From contig CABYVA010000002.1 in assembly GCA_902522325.1 (NCBI GenBank), positions 25,666 through 89,665 of the forward strand: a stretch of 64,000 nt of DNA, in the 5' to 3' direction. A program made the position numbers and the translations under genes. Position 1 is the stretch's first letter. Each line of letters begins with the position of its first letter. Shown in pieces: positions 1 to 11,584 of the stretch. The notes under the pieces were generated by a model, which worked only from the letters and a program-made list of their open reading frames with translations, had not been told where the DNA came from and did no database searches. The stretch is from an uncultured Pelagibacteraceae bacterium. GTDB taxonomy: Bacteria > Pseudomonadota > Alphaproteobacteria > Pelagibacterales > Pelagibacteraceae.

Positions 1-1205
1 TTTAGAGGAAAGGCCAAAGTGTTTTCTATCTTATAACTATCATCATCAGAGTTTTTTAGCGATTCCTTAATTATGTTTGATACTTTTTCGTCTGTTACTG
101 GTGATAATATAGCCATTCGTTCAATCAAATTTCTTAATTCTCTTACATTGCCAGGCCAAGTATAATTAATTAAATATTGATTATTTGTGTCAATACTAAA
201 TTTTTTAATATTATAACTTTTAGAAATTTTTTCTAAAAAATATGTGATTAACAAAGGAATATCACTAATTCTATTCCTTAACGAATCTACATCTATTTGA
301 AAAACATTTAATCTATGAAATAAATCCTCCCTAAAATTACCTATTTTAATTTCATTCTTTATGTCTTTTGTAGATGAACAAATAATTCGTACATCAACTC
401 TAATATCATGGTCGCCATTAATTCTTTTAAATTTTTGATCAATTAAAACTCTTAATATTTTTGATTGAGTCTCTAAAGGAATTTCCGAAACCTCATCTAT
501 TAATAAAATACCACCTGATGCTTTTTCAAGTGCACCATAAGAAATTGCACCATTAGATTTTTCTTCACCAAATAATTCTAGCTCATATTTTTTTACATCT
601 AAAAGTGCACCATTTAATATTATAAAAGGTCCTTTTTTCCTTTTAGAAAGTTTGTGTATTTTTCTTGCTATTAGTTCTTTTCCTGATCCAGTTGGTCCAT
701 TAATAAATATTCTACTTTCTGATTCTGATAATTTTATAATCTGATCTTTAATTTTTTGTATATTTGGACTTTCGCCAACTAATTCATATGAATGAAAAAG
801 TTTTGTTTCTAATTCTTTATTTTTGTTTTTAAGATTAAAATTTTCAACAGCTCTATTTACGAAATTCATTAACCTTTCTTGATCAAAAGGTTTTTGAATA
901 AATTCAAATGCTCCAGATTTTAAAGAATTAACGGCCATTTCTATATTTGCATGACCAGATATAATAATTACAGGGATATCTTTATTTTTACTTTTAATGT
1001 GAGATAAAAGTTTTATACCATCATTATCTCCTTTATCTAGTTTGACATCAATTATAGCAACATCAGGTAATTTTTTATCGATTTCAATCAATGCTTGATT
1101 GTAATTTGCCGCTAGTCTGGTTTTGTATCCAGCGTCTTTGATTAAATCATCAAGGATATTTCTAATATCTGCATTATCATCTATAATTAATATTTCAGTA
1201 GACAT
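1..1205 (-). CDS. ntrX: NtrX response regulator (REC + AAA+), 3' end runs off the window
   Basis: Not in the ORF track. Manual translation from ATG at 1205 gives MSTEILIIDDNADIRNI, receiver IIDVKL, Walker A GPTGSGKE, and ELELFGEEKSNGAISYG in place of GAFTGA (typical of NtrX). Overlaps the ntrY stop. Confidence 0.93.
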   Translation of the reverse strand, partial: MSTEILIIDDNADIRNILDDLIKDAGYKTRLAANYNQALIEIDKKLPDVAIIDVKLDKGDNDGIKLLSHIKSKNKDIPVIIISGHANIEMAVNSLKSGAFEFIQKPFDQERLMNFVNRAVENFNLKNKNKELETKLFHSYELVGESPNIQKIKDQIIKLSESESRIFINGPTGSGKELIARKIHKLSKRKKGPFIILNGALLDVKKYELELFGEEKSNGAISYGALEKASGGILLIDEVSEIPLETQSKILRVLIDQKFKRINGDHDIRVDVRIICSSTKDIKNEIKIGNFREDLFHRLNVFQIDVDSLRNRISDIPLLITYFLEKISKSYNIKKFSIDTNNQYLINYTWPGNVRELRNLIERMAILSPVTDEKVSNIIKESLKNSDDDSYKIENTLAFPL

Positions 1206-2979
1206 TTTTTTGGAAGTTTATAATTATTTTTGCACCTGTTTTAATTTTTTCGAATTTAATATCACCATCATGGTCACTTATAATCTTGTTAACTATTGAT
1301 AAACCTAAACCAGTTCCTTTCGATTTTGTTGTAAAATAAGGTTTTAAAATATTGCTTAAATTTTCTTCAGAAAAACCTGTTCCATTGTCTGTTATTTTAA
1401 TTGTTATATAATCATTTTTGCTTGTTATTTCTATATCAATTTTTTTAGCAAAATCAGCATGTTTCGATGCTCTTTCTTGGATACTTTCAATTGAATTTTT
1501 AATTAAGTTGAAAAAAACTCTATTGATTTGTTCATAATCACAAATAAATAAAACTTTTTTATTTGAACATTTAAAATTAAAATTTATTGTATTGTCCATC
1601 TCTTTTAACAATTTAATATTTTCATTAATAATATCTAATAAATTATTTTTTTTTAATATAGGTTTCGGCATTCTTGCAAAATCAGAAAACTCATTAACTA
1701 AATTTTCTATTTGATTAATTTGTTTTATTATAGTTTTAAGATAGTCATTAAAATTATCTTTATCAGAAGAATGAATTTTTTCAGAATATTTATTTTTCAG
1801 TCTATCAATAGTTAATTGAATTGGAGTAAGTGGATTTTTAATCTCATGTGCCAGTTTTCGTGCAACGTTTTCCCAAGCTTCGTGTCGTTCTTTTAATAAT
1901 AATTTTTCTTGTTGGTTTTTAAGTTGATCTATCATTAAATTAAAATTTTTATTTAATACCTCAAGTTCTTTGTCAGTTTTAAGTTCTGGGACTTTAGATT
2001 CTAAATTTCCTTTACCAATATTTGATGATGCTGAGATAAGATTACTAATAGATCTAAAAAATCTAGAAGAAAATTTTATTGCAATTGAAATTGATAAAAA
2101 TAACAATAAAGTTACGACAACTAAATAAATTAATATAAAGGAAATTTTTATACCAGTTCTTTTGTTTTCTACAGTATAATAAAAATTTAAAGCCTCCTGT
2201 GACTCTTTTAAATAATTGGAAATTTCGGAGTCTAAAAACTTTACCACATAAAGATATGTGTCTATATATGCATTTAATTTAAGTATCGCTGCGGATTTAT
2301 TCTCGTACGCATTAATTATTTTTAGTGATCTTTCTTCGGCAAAAACCATTTCTAATGCATTTTCACTAGGTGGTTCAAATAATTTATTGTTTTCTAATGT
2401 TGTTGCTATTAAATTACCCTTACTATCTATCAAGTGTATTTCGTCTACGTCTCTTACATATTTTTGTGTAGTTAAAATATTTTTAAAACTTTTAGGATTG
2501 TCGTAAAAAAGATTAACATTTTTATTTATATCATACCCTATTAACACTATATCTGACTCAATTTTATTTCTTACATCATCAACATATTTTTTGGTTATTT
2601 CGTAAGAATTGTTTACAGCTGAAGTAATTTTGCTGTCAAAATATTTTTCAAGAGCAAAAGAAAATAAAAATAAAGAAAAAACTGAAATTAAGACTGATGG
2701 TATTAAAGTAAATAATGAAAAAAAGCCTATGTATTTTTTATTAGATCTAGATCCATCTGTACTTATGTCATTTTTTAATGAATTTTTAACTTCAATAAAT
2801 GTAGCTACAAAAAAAATCAAAAGCAAAAACAAATTAAAAATCAATAAATATTGAAGATTAATATCTGTTAATTTAATAAAACTTTTATCTATAAAGGTTA
2901 AAAACGTCAAAAAACCTACTGATAGAGTGATTATAAATATTAAAATTAAAAATATATTTTTTTTGATAAATTCCAGCAT
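1195..2979 (-). CDS. ntrY: NtrY sensor histidine kinase
   Basis: N-terminal TM helices, HAMP, H-box ARKLAHEIKNPLTPI, N/G boxes (NLIKNS, DNGTG, GTGLGLSIV); coupled to ntrX. Confidence 0.93.
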   Translation of the reverse strand: MLEFIKKNIFLILIFIITLSVGFLTFLTFIDKSFIKLTDINLQYLLIFNLFLLLIFFVATFIEVKNSLKNDISTDGSRSNKKYIGFFSLFTLIPSVLISVFSLFLFSFALEKYFDSKITSAVNNSYEITKKYVDDVRNKIESDIVLIGYDINKNVNLFYDNPKSFKNILTTQKYVRDVDEIHLIDSKGNLIATTLENNKLFEPPSENALEMVFAEERSLKIINAYENKSAAILKLNAYIDTYLYVVKFLDSEISNYLKESQEALNFYYTVENKRTGIKISFILIYLVVVTLLLFLSISIAIKFSSRFFRSISNLISASSNIGKGNLESKVPELKTDKELEVLNKNFNLMIDQLKNQQEKLLLKERHEAWENVARKLAHEIKNPLTPIQLTIDRLKNKYSEKIHSSDKDNFNDYLKTIIKQINQIENLVNEFSDFARMPKPILKKNNLLDIINENIKLLKEMDNTINFNFKCSNKKVLFICDYEQINRVFFNLIKNSIESIQERASKHADFAKKIDIEITSKNDYITIKITDNGTGFSEENLSNILKPYFTTKSKGTGLGLSIVNKIISDHDGDIKFEKIKTGAKIIINFQKNVY

Positions 2980-3013
2980 TATGTAATAAATATACTAATT
3001 AAATATTTTATTC

Positions 3014-4129
3014 ATGAATAATTGTTTCATAATTTTAGCTGCGGGCGATAGTAGACGATTTAATTCCAAAACACCTAAACCCTACTACTTATATAAAGGA
3101 AAATCTTTAATAAAACACTCAATTGATAAAGCTAAAAACTTCAAAAAATTCAACAAAATTATACTTGTTATTAATAAAAAACATAAAAAAAATATAAAAA
3201 ACTTAAATATTAAAAACGCTACTATTATAATAGGTGGTAAAACTAGAGCAGAATCTTCGTTAAAAGCTCTTAATTTTATTAAAGAAAAAAAAATTAAAAA
3301 CGTTTTTGTTCATGACGCTGCTCGACCAAACTTTTCTATAAAACTCCTCAAGAAACTTCTAAGTAATTTAAAAAAAAATAAAGCTGTAGTTCCATTTATT
3401 AATTCACCAGACTCTATTAAATATAAATATAGAAAAAATACATACAATTTATTAAGAGAAAATGCTTTGTTAACGCAAACACCGCAAGCGTTCAGATATA
3501 AAGATTTATATTCTTTAGTAAAAAAACAAAAAGGAAAAATTCAAGATGAGTCTACACTATTTATTCAAAAAGATTTAAAAGTTAAATTTATTAGAGGAGA
3601 AAGTTCAAATTACAAAATTACCTATCAGAATGACATGGAAACAAAAAAAATTAATTATGGGATTGGATTTGATGTTCATAGATTAGTTAAAAATAAAAAG
3701 CTCTTTTTAGGTGGTTTAAAAATTAAATCAAAAATAGGTACGTTAGGTCATTCTGATGGAGACCCTGTATTGCATGCAATTATAGATGCATTGTTAGGAG
3801 CATGTAAAATGGGTGATATAGGTGAAAAATTTTCAGATAAAAATAAGAAATTTAAAAATATAAGATCAACAATTCTATTAAAGCAGGTAATCGATGAAAT
3901 TAAGAAAAAGAAATTCTATATAAACAATATAGACATAAATATTATAACTCAAAAACCTAAATTAAAAAAATTTAAAAAAAAAATAATTAAAATAATTTCC
4001 GAACTATGTAATATTTCAACTGATCAAATTAATATTAAGGGTAAAACAACAGAAAAATTAGGTTTAATCGGAAAAGAAAAAGCTATAGCATGCGAAGTAA
4101 TAACTTCTGTTTTTAATTATAATGAATAA
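3014..4129 (+). CDS. ispDF: Bifunctional IspD/IspF (MEP pathway)
   Basis: LAAG..R, VHDAARP, QTPQAF (IspD); GFDVH, HSDGD, KGKTTEKLG (IspF). Confidence 0.95.
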   Translation: MNNCFIILAAGDSRRFNSKTPKPYYLYKGKSLIKHSIDKAKNFKKFNKIILVINKKHKKNIKNLNIKNATIIIGGKTRAESSLKALNFIKEKKIKNVFVHDAARPNFSIKLLKKLLSNLKKNKAVVPFINSPDSIKYKYRKNTYNLLRENALLTQTPQAFRYKDLYSLVKKQKGKIQDESTLFIQKDLKVKFIRGESSNYKITYQNDMETKKINYGIGFDVHRLVKNKKLFLGGLKIKSKIGTLGHSDGDPVLHAIIDALLGACKMGDIGEKFSDKNKKFKNIRSTILLKQVIDEIKKKKFYINNIDINIITQKPKLKKFKKKIIKIISELCNISTDQINIKGKTTEKLGLIGKEKAIACEVITSVFNYNE

Positions 4130-4613
4130 TATAGTTTTTTTATTTGTCACACTATTTGGTATTGGAAAAATCAGTAAAATTCCAGGCAGCATCGCATCCC
4201 TAACTACTACTATATTTTTATTTTTTATACTTCATATTTTGAATGTTTCACCAAATATTGTTTTAATTTTAATAATCCTGATATTTTTTTTGTCTCTTTA
4301 TGTTGTAAATATTTTTATAAAAAATTTAGATAATAAAGATCCTAAAGAAGTTGTAATTGATGAATTTATCGGTCAATCTATTCCAATATGTCTTTATGAA
4401 ATTGCACATACAGATCCTAAAGAAACAAGTGAAGTTTTAACATCATATTTTATAATGTTTATTTTATTCAGAATATTTGACATAGCTAAGCCGTACCCCG
4501 TAAGTTATTATGATAAAAATTTTAAAAATAGTTTTGGTGTTATTATGGATGATGTTGCAGCTGGGTTGTATGTTGTGGCTGTTTTAGTTTTATATATGGT
4601 TATTAGTTCATGA
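4122..4613 (+). CDS. pgpA: Phosphatidylglycerophosphatase A
   Basis: DPKEVVIDE, FRIFDIAKP, GVIMDDVAAG. Confidence 0.93.
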   Translation: MNNIVFLFVTLFGIGKISKIPGSIASLTTTIFLFFILHILNVSPNIVLILIILIFFLSLYVVNIFIKNLDNKDPKEVVIDEFIGQSIPICLYEIAHTDPKETSEVLTSYFIMFILFRIFDIAKPYPVSYYDKNFKNSFGVIMDDVAAGLYVVAVLVLYMVISS

Positions 4614-5083
4614 AAAAAATTTCTTTAAAAGTTGTTAAACTATTAAAAAAGAAAAGGTTTAAAATCTCATTTGCTGAATCCTGCACTGGGGGTTTACTAT
4701 CAAGCTCTATTACATCAATTAGTGGATCTTCTAAAGTATTTAATCTTGGTCTAATTACATATTCTAATCAATCTAAAATAAATATTTTAAAAATTCCCAA
4801 AAAAATTTTAATTAAGCATGGTGCTGTAAGTTACGAAACTTGTTTATCTATGGTTAAAAATTTAAATAGAATTGCTAAAACTAATATTTCTGTTTCAATA
4901 ACCGGTGTTGCTGGACCAAAAGGAGGGACAAGAAAAAAACCGGTAGGATTGGTCTATATTGGTATTAAAAAAGGCAACAAAACACTAGTTAAAAGGTATT
5001 TTTTTAAAAGTAAAAAAAGGCACTTAATTCAAATGAGTACAGTTGGCAAAGCTTTAAATTTAATTTTAACTTTTGCCAAATAG
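4610..5083 (+). CDS. cinA: CinA C-terminal / NMN deamidase (PncC) family protein
   Basis: AESCTGG, GAVS, SITGVAGPKGG, PVGLVYIG. Confidence 0.92.
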   Translation: MKKISLKVVKLLKKKRFKISFAESCTGGLLSSSITSISGSSKVFNLGLITYSNQSKINILKIPKKILIKHGAVSYETCLSMVKNLNRIAKTNISVSITGVAGPKGGTRKKPVGLVYIGIKKGNKTLVKRYFFKSKKRHLIQMSTVGKALNLILTFAK

Positions 5084-5515
5084 GGTCTCTGCTCTTTTTT
5101 GAAAAGCCTCAGAAATTTTTTCTAAAGCAAATTGAAAAGATTTAGCCATAATAATATTTAAAAATTCATTTTTTAGTTCAAAATCAACATCAAATGAAAC
5201 TTCTGTAATATTGTCTTTTTCTTTAAAATGCCAAGTATTTTCTAAATGTTTTAAAGGACCATCGAGATTAGTTACATGAATAAAGTCTTTTTTTATATTG
5301 TATTTAACATCACTTTTATAAGTATCTTTAAATGGACCCTTGCCAATCGTAAGATCTGCAATAATTAATATTAAATTATCTTTATTTTTCTTTTCGTGGA
5401 CTTGTGCGTCTACACAAAATGGTACGAATTCAGGATATTTTTCAATATCAAGAACTAAATCAATTAATTGAACTTTATTACATTTGATTAATTTTTTAAC
5501 TGATGCTTTGGGCAT
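5066..5515 (-). CDS. Coq10/RatA START-domain (polyketide cyclase-like) protein
   Basis: [33 protein letters not shown]; conserved position after lipA. Confidence 0.88.
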   Translation of the reverse strand: MPKASVKKLIKCNKVQLIDLVLDIEKYPEFVPFCVDAQVHEKKNKDNLILIIADLTIGKGPFKDTYKSDVKYNIKKDFIHVTNLDGPLKHLENTWHFKEKDNITEVSFDVDFELKNEFLNIIMAKSFQFALEKISEAFQKRAETLFGKS

Positions 5516-6434
5516 TAGTTTGATTTAATCTTGCTTTTTTTAGTTTATCGAAATCCTCATCAGCATGATATGAAGATCTTGTAAGAGGTGATGATGAAAC
5601 CATTAAAAATCCTTTTAATCTAGCAATGTTTTCTAATTCTTTAAATTCTTGAGGATTGTAATATCTATCAAGAGGATGATGCTTAACGGTTGGTTGCAAG
5701 TATTGGCCAATCGTTAAAAAATCAACTTCTGCAGATCTTAAATCGTCCATGACTTGGACGATTTCGTCTTTATTTTCACCTAAGCCTACCATTAACCCTG
5801 ACTTAGTAAAAATGCTTTTATTTATTTTTTTTACATTTTTTAAAAGTTCTAGAGATGCAAAATATCTAGAACCAGGTCTTACCTTTTTATAAAGACCAGG
5901 CACAGTTTCAATATTATGATTAAAAACATCTGGTTTAGCATTAATAACTTTTATATATGAATTTTCTTTTCTGAGAAAATCCGGAGTTAGAACTTCTATA
6001 GTGGTTTCAGGATTATTTTTTTTTGTTTCTCTAATTACTTCATAAAAGTGTTGTGCGCCCCCATCATCAAGATCGTCTCTATCAACAGAAGTAATTACTG
6101 CATGTTTTAAATTTAATTTTTTAACTGCAAATGAAATTTTGGTAGGTTCATATGGATCAAGTTTTTTTGGTTTGCCTGTTATCACATTGCAAAAAGCACA
6201 CGCTCTAGTACATATGTCGCCCATAATTAAAAAAGTAGCATGTTTTTTACTCCAACATTCTGTAATGTTAGGACAGTTAGCTTCTTCACAAACAGTTTTT
6301 AATTTATATTGATTAACTACGCTTTTTGTTAAAAAAAAATCCTGAGTATTTGTAAGCTTAGATTTAATCCAACTTGGTTTTTTTTTTATCGGATTAATTG
6401 GTTTATTAACTTTTTCTGGATGTCTAATTTTCAT
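5496..6434 (-). CDS. lipA: Lipoyl synthase
   Basis: [12 protein letters not shown] and radical-SAM [14 protein letters not shown]. Confidence 0.97.
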   Translation of the reverse strand: MKIRHPEKVNKPINPIKKKPSWIKSKLTNTQDFFLTKSVVNQYKLKTVCEEANCPNITECWSKKHATFLIMGDICTRACAFCNVITGKPKKLDPYEPTKISFAVKKLNLKHAVITSVDRDDLDDGGAQHFYEVIRETKKNNPETTIEVLTPDFLRKENSYIKVINAKPDVFNHNIETVPGLYKKVRPGSRYFASLELLKNVKKINKSIFTKSGLMVGLGENKDEIVQVMDDLRSAEVDFLTIGQYLQPTVKHHPLDRYYNPQEFKELENIARLKGFLMVSSSPLTRSSYHADEDFDKLKKARLNQTNAQSIS

Positions 6435-6726
6435 TATTATTAATTATATATAAAGTCTCATCTTTTTTTCCATACATAAATTTTTGTCTAATAAGAGTTT
6501 CTATGTAATCTAAATCTAGTTTTTCTGTAAGTAACAAATTTTTAAATTCTAAGTCATTTATTTTATTTGTTAATTTAAGCTCTTCTTTTTGTACGTTAAT
6601 TAATATTTTTTTTTTCTTTAGGTATGAAAATACACCTCTTTCTCCCCCTAATAAATTAATTAAAAAAAATATTAGTAAAAAGATAGAAGTTATTAAAAAA
6701 AAATTTTTTTTAATTTTATTTAACAT
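6424..6726 (-). CDS. ftsB: Septum formation initiator FtsB/DivIC family
   Basis: Single TM, GERG, coiled coil, DYIETLIR; follows eno. Confidence 0.8.
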   Translation of the reverse strand: MLNKIKKNFFLITSIFLLIFFLINLLGGERGVFSYLKKKKILINVQKEELKLTNKINDLEFKNLLLTEKLDLDYIETLIRQKFMYGKKDETLYIINNNEN

Positions 6727-6728
6727 TT

Positions 6729-7982
6729 TTAAATACTATTCATTTTTGTCTTTTTTCCTAGATCTTCTTCTATACGTAATAATTGATTGTATTTGGAAAC
6801 GCGTTCGGATCTAGATAATGATCCTGTTTTAATTTGGCTAGAATCAGTGCCTACTGCAAGATCGGCTATGAAAGTATCTTCACTATCACCAGATCTATGC
6901 GAAATTATAGTTTTATAACCAATTATTTTGGCAAATTTAATAACCTCTAGCGTTTCAGTGACTGTGCCTATTTGATTTAGTTTAATTAAAATAGAATTGG
7001 ATGACCCGTTCAAAAATCCTTTCTTCAATCTATCAAGATTAGTTGCATATAAATCGTCTCCAACAATTTGTAATTTTTTATTAGATTTCATTAGCTTTTT
7101 CCATGAAATCCAATCGTTTTCTTCAAAGGGATCTTCAATGGATTTGATATCATATTTATTTATAATTTTTTTATAATTTTTAATAGTTTTTTCAACAGTA
7201 ATAAATTTATTTGAATGTATAGAATATTTTTTATCTTTAAATAATTCATTAGCAGCAACATCTAGGCATATTGAAACTTCACTTCCATTTTTAAAACCTG
7301 CTTTTTTTATAGCTAGTACAATTAAATCTAAGGCTTTTTCATTTCTATTAATCATAGGAGCAAAACCTCCTTCATCACCTACTGAGGTAGAAAAATTTTT
7401 ATTTTTTAATAATTTTTTCAAACTTTGTACAACTAAAAAACAAATTCTCATCGCTTCTGTAAAATTTCTAGCTTTGTCAGGTCGTATCATGAATTCTTGA
7501 ATTCTTAATCCATTGTTTGCATGAGCTCCTCCGTTAATTATATTCATTAAAGGATATGGCATGCGAAAGTTTTTTTTAATTAAAAAAGATTTATACAATG
7601 GTATTTTTTTAATTTTAGAAGAAAGTTTTTTAACAGCTATTGAAACAGCTAAAATTGCATTAGCGCCTAGATTTTTTTTTTGTTTAGTTCCATCAAGATT
7701 AATTAATAAAGAATCTATTAATTTTTGATTATGAACATTTTTGTTTTTTAGTTTTTTTGAAATTTTTGAATTAACTGAACTAACTACATTTAAAACACTT
7801 TTTCCTAAATATTTTTTATTATTGACATCTCTTTTTTCGTAAGCCTCATAGGAACCTGTTGAAGCACCTGATGGACAAATTGCATAAGCGCTAATTTTAT
7901 TAGAAAAAACTTCAGCTTCTATTGTTGGATTTCCTCTGCTATCAAAGACTTGTCTTGCTTTAACTTTTGTAATTTTACTCAC
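6729..7982 (-). CDS. eno: Enolase (GTG start)
   Basis: DSRGNPT, PSGASTG, GDEGGFAP, SHRSG, QIKTGS. Confidence 0.97.
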   Translation of the reverse strand: MSKITKVKARQVFDSRGNPTIEAEVFSNKISAYAICPSGASTGSYEAYEKRDVNNKKYLGKSVLNVVSSVNSKISKKLKNKNVHNQKLIDSLLINLDGTKQKKNLGANAILAVSIAVKKLSSKIKKIPLYKSFLIKKNFRMPYPLMNIINGGAHANNGLRIQEFMIRPDKARNFTEAMRICFLVVQSLKKLLKNKNFSTSVGDEGGFAPMINRNEKALDLIVLAIKKAGFKNGSEVSICLDVAANELFKDKKYSIHSNKFITVEKTIKNYKKIINKYDIKSIEDPFEENDWISWKKLMKSNKKLQIVGDDLYATNLDRLKKGFLNGSSNSILIKLNQIGTVTETLEVIKFAKIIGYKTIISHRSGDSEDTFIADLAVGTDSSQIKTGSLSRSERVSKYNQLLRIEEDLGKKTKMNSI

Positions 7983-7985
7983 TAA

Positions 7986-8810
7986 TTATTTTTTTATAAC
8001 GTTATCTAATTCTATTAATTGTTTCAATAAATGCTCAAGATTAGATAATGGAATCATATTAGGGCCATCTGATGGCGCGTTATCTGGATCTTGGTGAGTT
8101 TCCATAAAAATCCCAGCAACACCCACTGCTACTGCGGCTCTTGATAAATGTTCAACAAATTCTCTTTGCCCGCCGCTTGCTGTACCTTGACCTCCTGGTT
8201 GCTGAACAGAATGTGTGGCATCAAAAATAACTGGATATCCATTCTTTGCCATTATCGGTAATGATCTCATATCTGATACTAAGGTGTTGTATCCGAAACT
8301 AGCACCTCTTTCTGTAACAAGTATATTATCGTTTCCTGAATCTGAAATTTTTTTGGTAACATTTACCATGTCCCACGGAGCAAGAAATTGTCCCTTCTTT
8401 ACATTAATAATTTTTTTAGTCTTAGCTGCTGCTATTAGCAAATCTGTTTGTCGACAAAGAAATGCTGGAATTTGTAAAATATCAACATGATCAGAAACGA
8501 TTGAACATTGTTCAATGTTATGAACATCGGTCAATATAGGAATTTTTATCTCTTTTCTAATTTTATCAAATATTGGTAGTGATTGTTCTAATCCTATTCC
8601 TCTCTTGCCCTTTAAACTTGTTCTGTTTGCTTTATCAAATGAAGTCTTGTAAATAAAATTAATTCCTAATTTTGAAGTAATTTCCTTAATTTTTCCAGAC
8701 ATATCTATTGCATGTTGTTCTGTTTCAAGTTGGCAAGGACCAGCTATTAAACAAAATTTATTTGCATTTGATATATCAATAGTTCCGCATTTTACTGTTA
8801 AATTTTTCAT
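7986..8810 (-). CDS. kdsA: KDO-8-phosphate synthase
   Basis: [34 protein letters not shown]. Confidence 0.97.
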   Translation of the reverse strand: MKNLTVKCGTIDISNANKFCLIAGPCQLETEQHAIDMSGKIKEITSKLGINFIYKTSFDKANRTSLKGKRGIGLEQSLPIFDKIRKEIKIPILTDVHNIEQCSIVSDHVDILQIPAFLCRQTDLLIAAAKTKKIINVKKGQFLAPWDMVNVTKKISDSGNDNILVTERGASFGYNTLVSDMRSLPIMAKNGYPVIFDATHSVQQPGGQGTASGGQREFVEHLSRAAVAVGVAGIFMETHQDPDNAPSDGPNMIPLSNLEHLLKQLIELDNVIKK

Positions 8811-10426
8811 TTCTTATGATTTTTTGCAGCTTTTATAAAAGATGAGAATAATGGATGTGGAGCCAAAGGTCTAGATTTAAATTCTGGATGAAATTGGACA
8901 CCAATAAACCATGGATGATTTTTCAATTCAATAATTTCAGGTAAATTTTTATCAGGTGAATTTCCAGAAAATATTAAACCTTTTTTTTCAAATTGATTTT
9001 TATAGTTAATATTCACTTCATATCTATGTCTATGTCTTTCTTTAATTAATCTTGTTTTATAGATATTTCTTATTAAAGAATTATTTATTAGTTCGGCATC
9101 GTAAGACCCTAATCTCATAGTGCCTCCTAGGTCTTTATTAGTTCCTTTTATAATTTTACCATTTTTTTTCCATTCATGAATTAAACCTATAACTGGAATA
9201 CATTTTGAGTCTAATTCGGTAGATGATGCTTTATTAATTTTTAATACATTTCGGGCAAATTCTATAATAGCCATTTGCATACCATAACAAATTCCTAGGA
9301 AAGGTATTTTGTTTTTTCTTGCATACTTAATTGCCTCGATTTTTCCTTCAGTACCTCTTTTTCCAAAACCTCCTGGTATTAATATTCCTGAAACGTTATT
9401 TAGTTTATTTTTGATATCTAAAGGTTTTAAATTATCAGATTCAATTCTTAGTAAATTTACTTTTAAATTATTATGAATTCCTCCATGTACTAATGCCTCG
9501 TCTAAAGATTTATATGCATCCTTTAAATTTACATATTTACCAATTATTGCAATATTTACATTTTTTTTTGGATTAAGCACTACTTTCGTAATTTTTTTCC
9601 ATGGTGTTAAATTAACATTTTTTTTAGATTTAATTTTAAAATAATTAAGAACTTGTTTATCTAAATTTTCATTGTTAAAACTTATTGGTGCTTCATAAAT
9701 AGTTTTTACATCAATGGTTTGTATAACATTTTTAATATCAACGTTACAAAACAACGATATTTTTTTTTTTTGGTCCAAAGGTATATTTCTCTCACATCTG
9801 CAGATAATTATATCAGGCTGAATACCAATGCTTCTAAGCTCTTTTACAGAATGTTGAGTTGGTTTAGTTTTAATTTCATCAGAAGCTTTCATGTAAGGAA
9901 CTAATGTTAAATGAATAAATAATGTATTTTTTTTTCCTACATCATTTGAAAATTGTCTAATTGCTTCTACAAATGGTAAACTTTCGATGTCACCAACCGT
10001 TCCTCCTATTTCACAAATTACAAAATCTTCATTTTTAATATCGTTTTTTATAAATTCTTTGATGCGGTCAGTAACGTGTGGAATAACTTGAACAGTTTTT
10101 CCTAAATATTTACCTCTACGTTCTTTTTTTAATACATCACTGTAAATTTGACCAGTTGTTATGTTATCAGATTTTTTTGATGAAATACCTGAAAATCTTT
10201 CATAATGACCTAGGTCTAAGTCAGTTTCCGCACCGTCATCTGTTACAAATACTTCACCGTGTTGGAAGGGGCTCATAGTTCCCGGGTCCACATTTAAATA
10301 AGGATCTAATTTTCTAATTCTAACTTTAAAACCTCGAGATTGTAGAAGATATGCTAATGACGCTGAGGATAGACCTTTACCTAAGGATGAAACCACGCCG
10401 CCAGTTACGAATATGTATCGCGCCAT
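8807..10426 (-). CDS. pyrG: CTP synthase
   Basis: [22 protein letters not shown]. Confidence 0.98.
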   Translation of the reverse strand: MARYIFVTGGVVSSLGKGLSSASLAYLLQSRGFKVRIRKLDPYLNVDPGTMSPFQHGEVFVTDDGAETDLDLGHYERFSGISSKKSDNITTGQIYSDVLKKERRGKYLGKTVQVIPHVTDRIKEFIKNDIKNEDFVICEIGGTVGDIESLPFVEAIRQFSNDVGKKNTLFIHLTLVPYMKASDEIKTKPTQHSVKELRSIGIQPDIIICRCERNIPLDQKKKISLFCNVDIKNVIQTIDVKTIYEAPISFNNENLDKQVLNYFKIKSKKNVNLTPWKKITKVVLNPKKNVNIAIIGKYVNLKDAYKSLDEALVHGGIHNNLKVNLLRIESDNLKPLDIKNKLNNVSGILIPGGFGKRGTEGKIEAIKYARKNKIPFLGICYGMQMAIIEFARNVLKINKASSTELDSKCIPVIGLIHEWKKNGKIIKGTNKDLGGTMRLGSYDAELINNSLIRNIYKTRLIKERHRHRYEVNINYKNQFEKKGLIFSGNSPDKNLPEIIELKNHPWFIGVQFHPEFKSRPLAPHPLFSSFIKAAKNHKK

Positions 10427-10472
10427 GGAATTATGTTATAGCTGTAAATTTTAAAAATGGAAAGTAATAATT

Positions 10473-10769
10473 TTAATTTTCAGGAATTTCAGGTGTATCA
10501 CTTGAATTTTCCTCAATTATATCAATAACAGACTCTGTGGGTTTTAATTCTCCTCTAGATACAATAGTAAGACATAAACTACAGATAATAAACAATGTAG
10601 CGACAACAGCAGTAGCCTTTGTAAAAAAATCACCTGCTGAACGAGAAAACATAAAATTATCTTGTGAAACTCCAATTCCTAGTGCTCCTCCTTCAGATTT
10701 TTGAAGCAATATTAGTAAAACTAGAATAACTGCTATTATAACGTTAAGTACTAATAAAATATTTTCCAT
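10473..10769 (-). CDS. secG: Preprotein translocase SecG
   Basis: Two TMs, LLQKSEGGALG; tpiA-secG-pyrG synteny. Confidence 0.93.
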   Translation of the reverse strand: MENILLVLNVIIAVILVLLILLQKSEGGALGIGVSQDNFMFSRSAGDFFTKATAVVATLFIICSLCLTIVSRGELKPTESVIDIIEENSSDTPEIPEN

Positions 10770-10774
10770 GGAAG

Positions 10775-11527
10775 TTAAATAAAGGTTTTTTTTATTATAT
10801 CAATAAATTTTTTTGGGCTATGTGATGCTCCGCCTATTAAAAAACCATCAAGAATGTCTATTTTTTTTAGATATGTAATATTTTTATGATTTACAGACCC
10901 TCCATATAAAACTTTTGGATTTTTAATTTTAATTTTTTTTATTAAAAAATTTTTTAGATATTTAATTTTACGATCTAAATCAAAAATTTTAGGAATAATT
11001 CCTGTGCCAATAGACCAAATTGGTTCATATGCAATAAGAATATTATTTTTCTTTTTAATTCCTTTTAAACCACGAGAAATTTGATTTTTCAAAACTTTAA
11101 ATGTTTGTTTTTTTTTTTTCTGAGATAAAGTTTCCCCAATACATAATATAATTTTTAAATTATTATCAATTAAAGTTTTTATTTTTTTATTAACTAATAA
11201 ATCTGTTTCTCCAGCATCTCGAACTTCTGAATGACCCACAATGACATATTTGGCACCTAACTTTTTTATCATTTTTGCACTAATAGAACCTGTAAAAGCA
11301 GAATTTTTTTGTTCATGGTGACAATTTTGCGCTCCTAACAAAATTCTAGTATTTTTAACCTTCCTTGAGAATAAGTTTAATAAAGTATAAGGGGGGCAAT
11401 AAATTATACTGAATTTTTTTTTTTTATAAATATTAGAAAATTTAATAACTTTATTTAATGATTTAATTGAATTAATATCGCCAAACATTTTCCAATTTGC
11501 AATAAAATGAATAAATTTGTTTGTCAT
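10775..11527 (-). CDS. tpiA: Triosephosphate isomerase
   Basis: NWKM, GHSE, AYEPIWSIGTG, YGGSV. Confidence 0.96.
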   Translation of the reverse strand: MTNKFIHFIANWKMFGDINSIKSLNKVIKFSNIYKKKKFSIIYCPPYTLLNLFSRKVKNTRILLGAQNCHHEQKNSAFTGSISAKMIKKLGAKYVIVGHSEVRDAGETDLLVNKKIKTLIDNNLKIILCIGETLSQKKKKQTFKVLKNQISRGLKGIKKKNNILIAYEPIWSIGTGIIPKIFDLDRKIKYLKNFLIKKIKIKNPKVLYGGSVNHKNITYLKKIDILDGFLIGGASHSPKKFIDIIKKTFI

Positions 11528-11584
11528 AATGATAATTTTAATCTATAGCTTTGTGTTTTACAGATCAATAACTTAAAAAATGTC

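Noticed and set aside
10775-11527. TpiA motif deviations (ANWKM, GHSEVR, GGASH) as signs of pseudogenisation
   Set aside because: Catalytic Lys, His and Glu and loop 6 are intact and the length is normal
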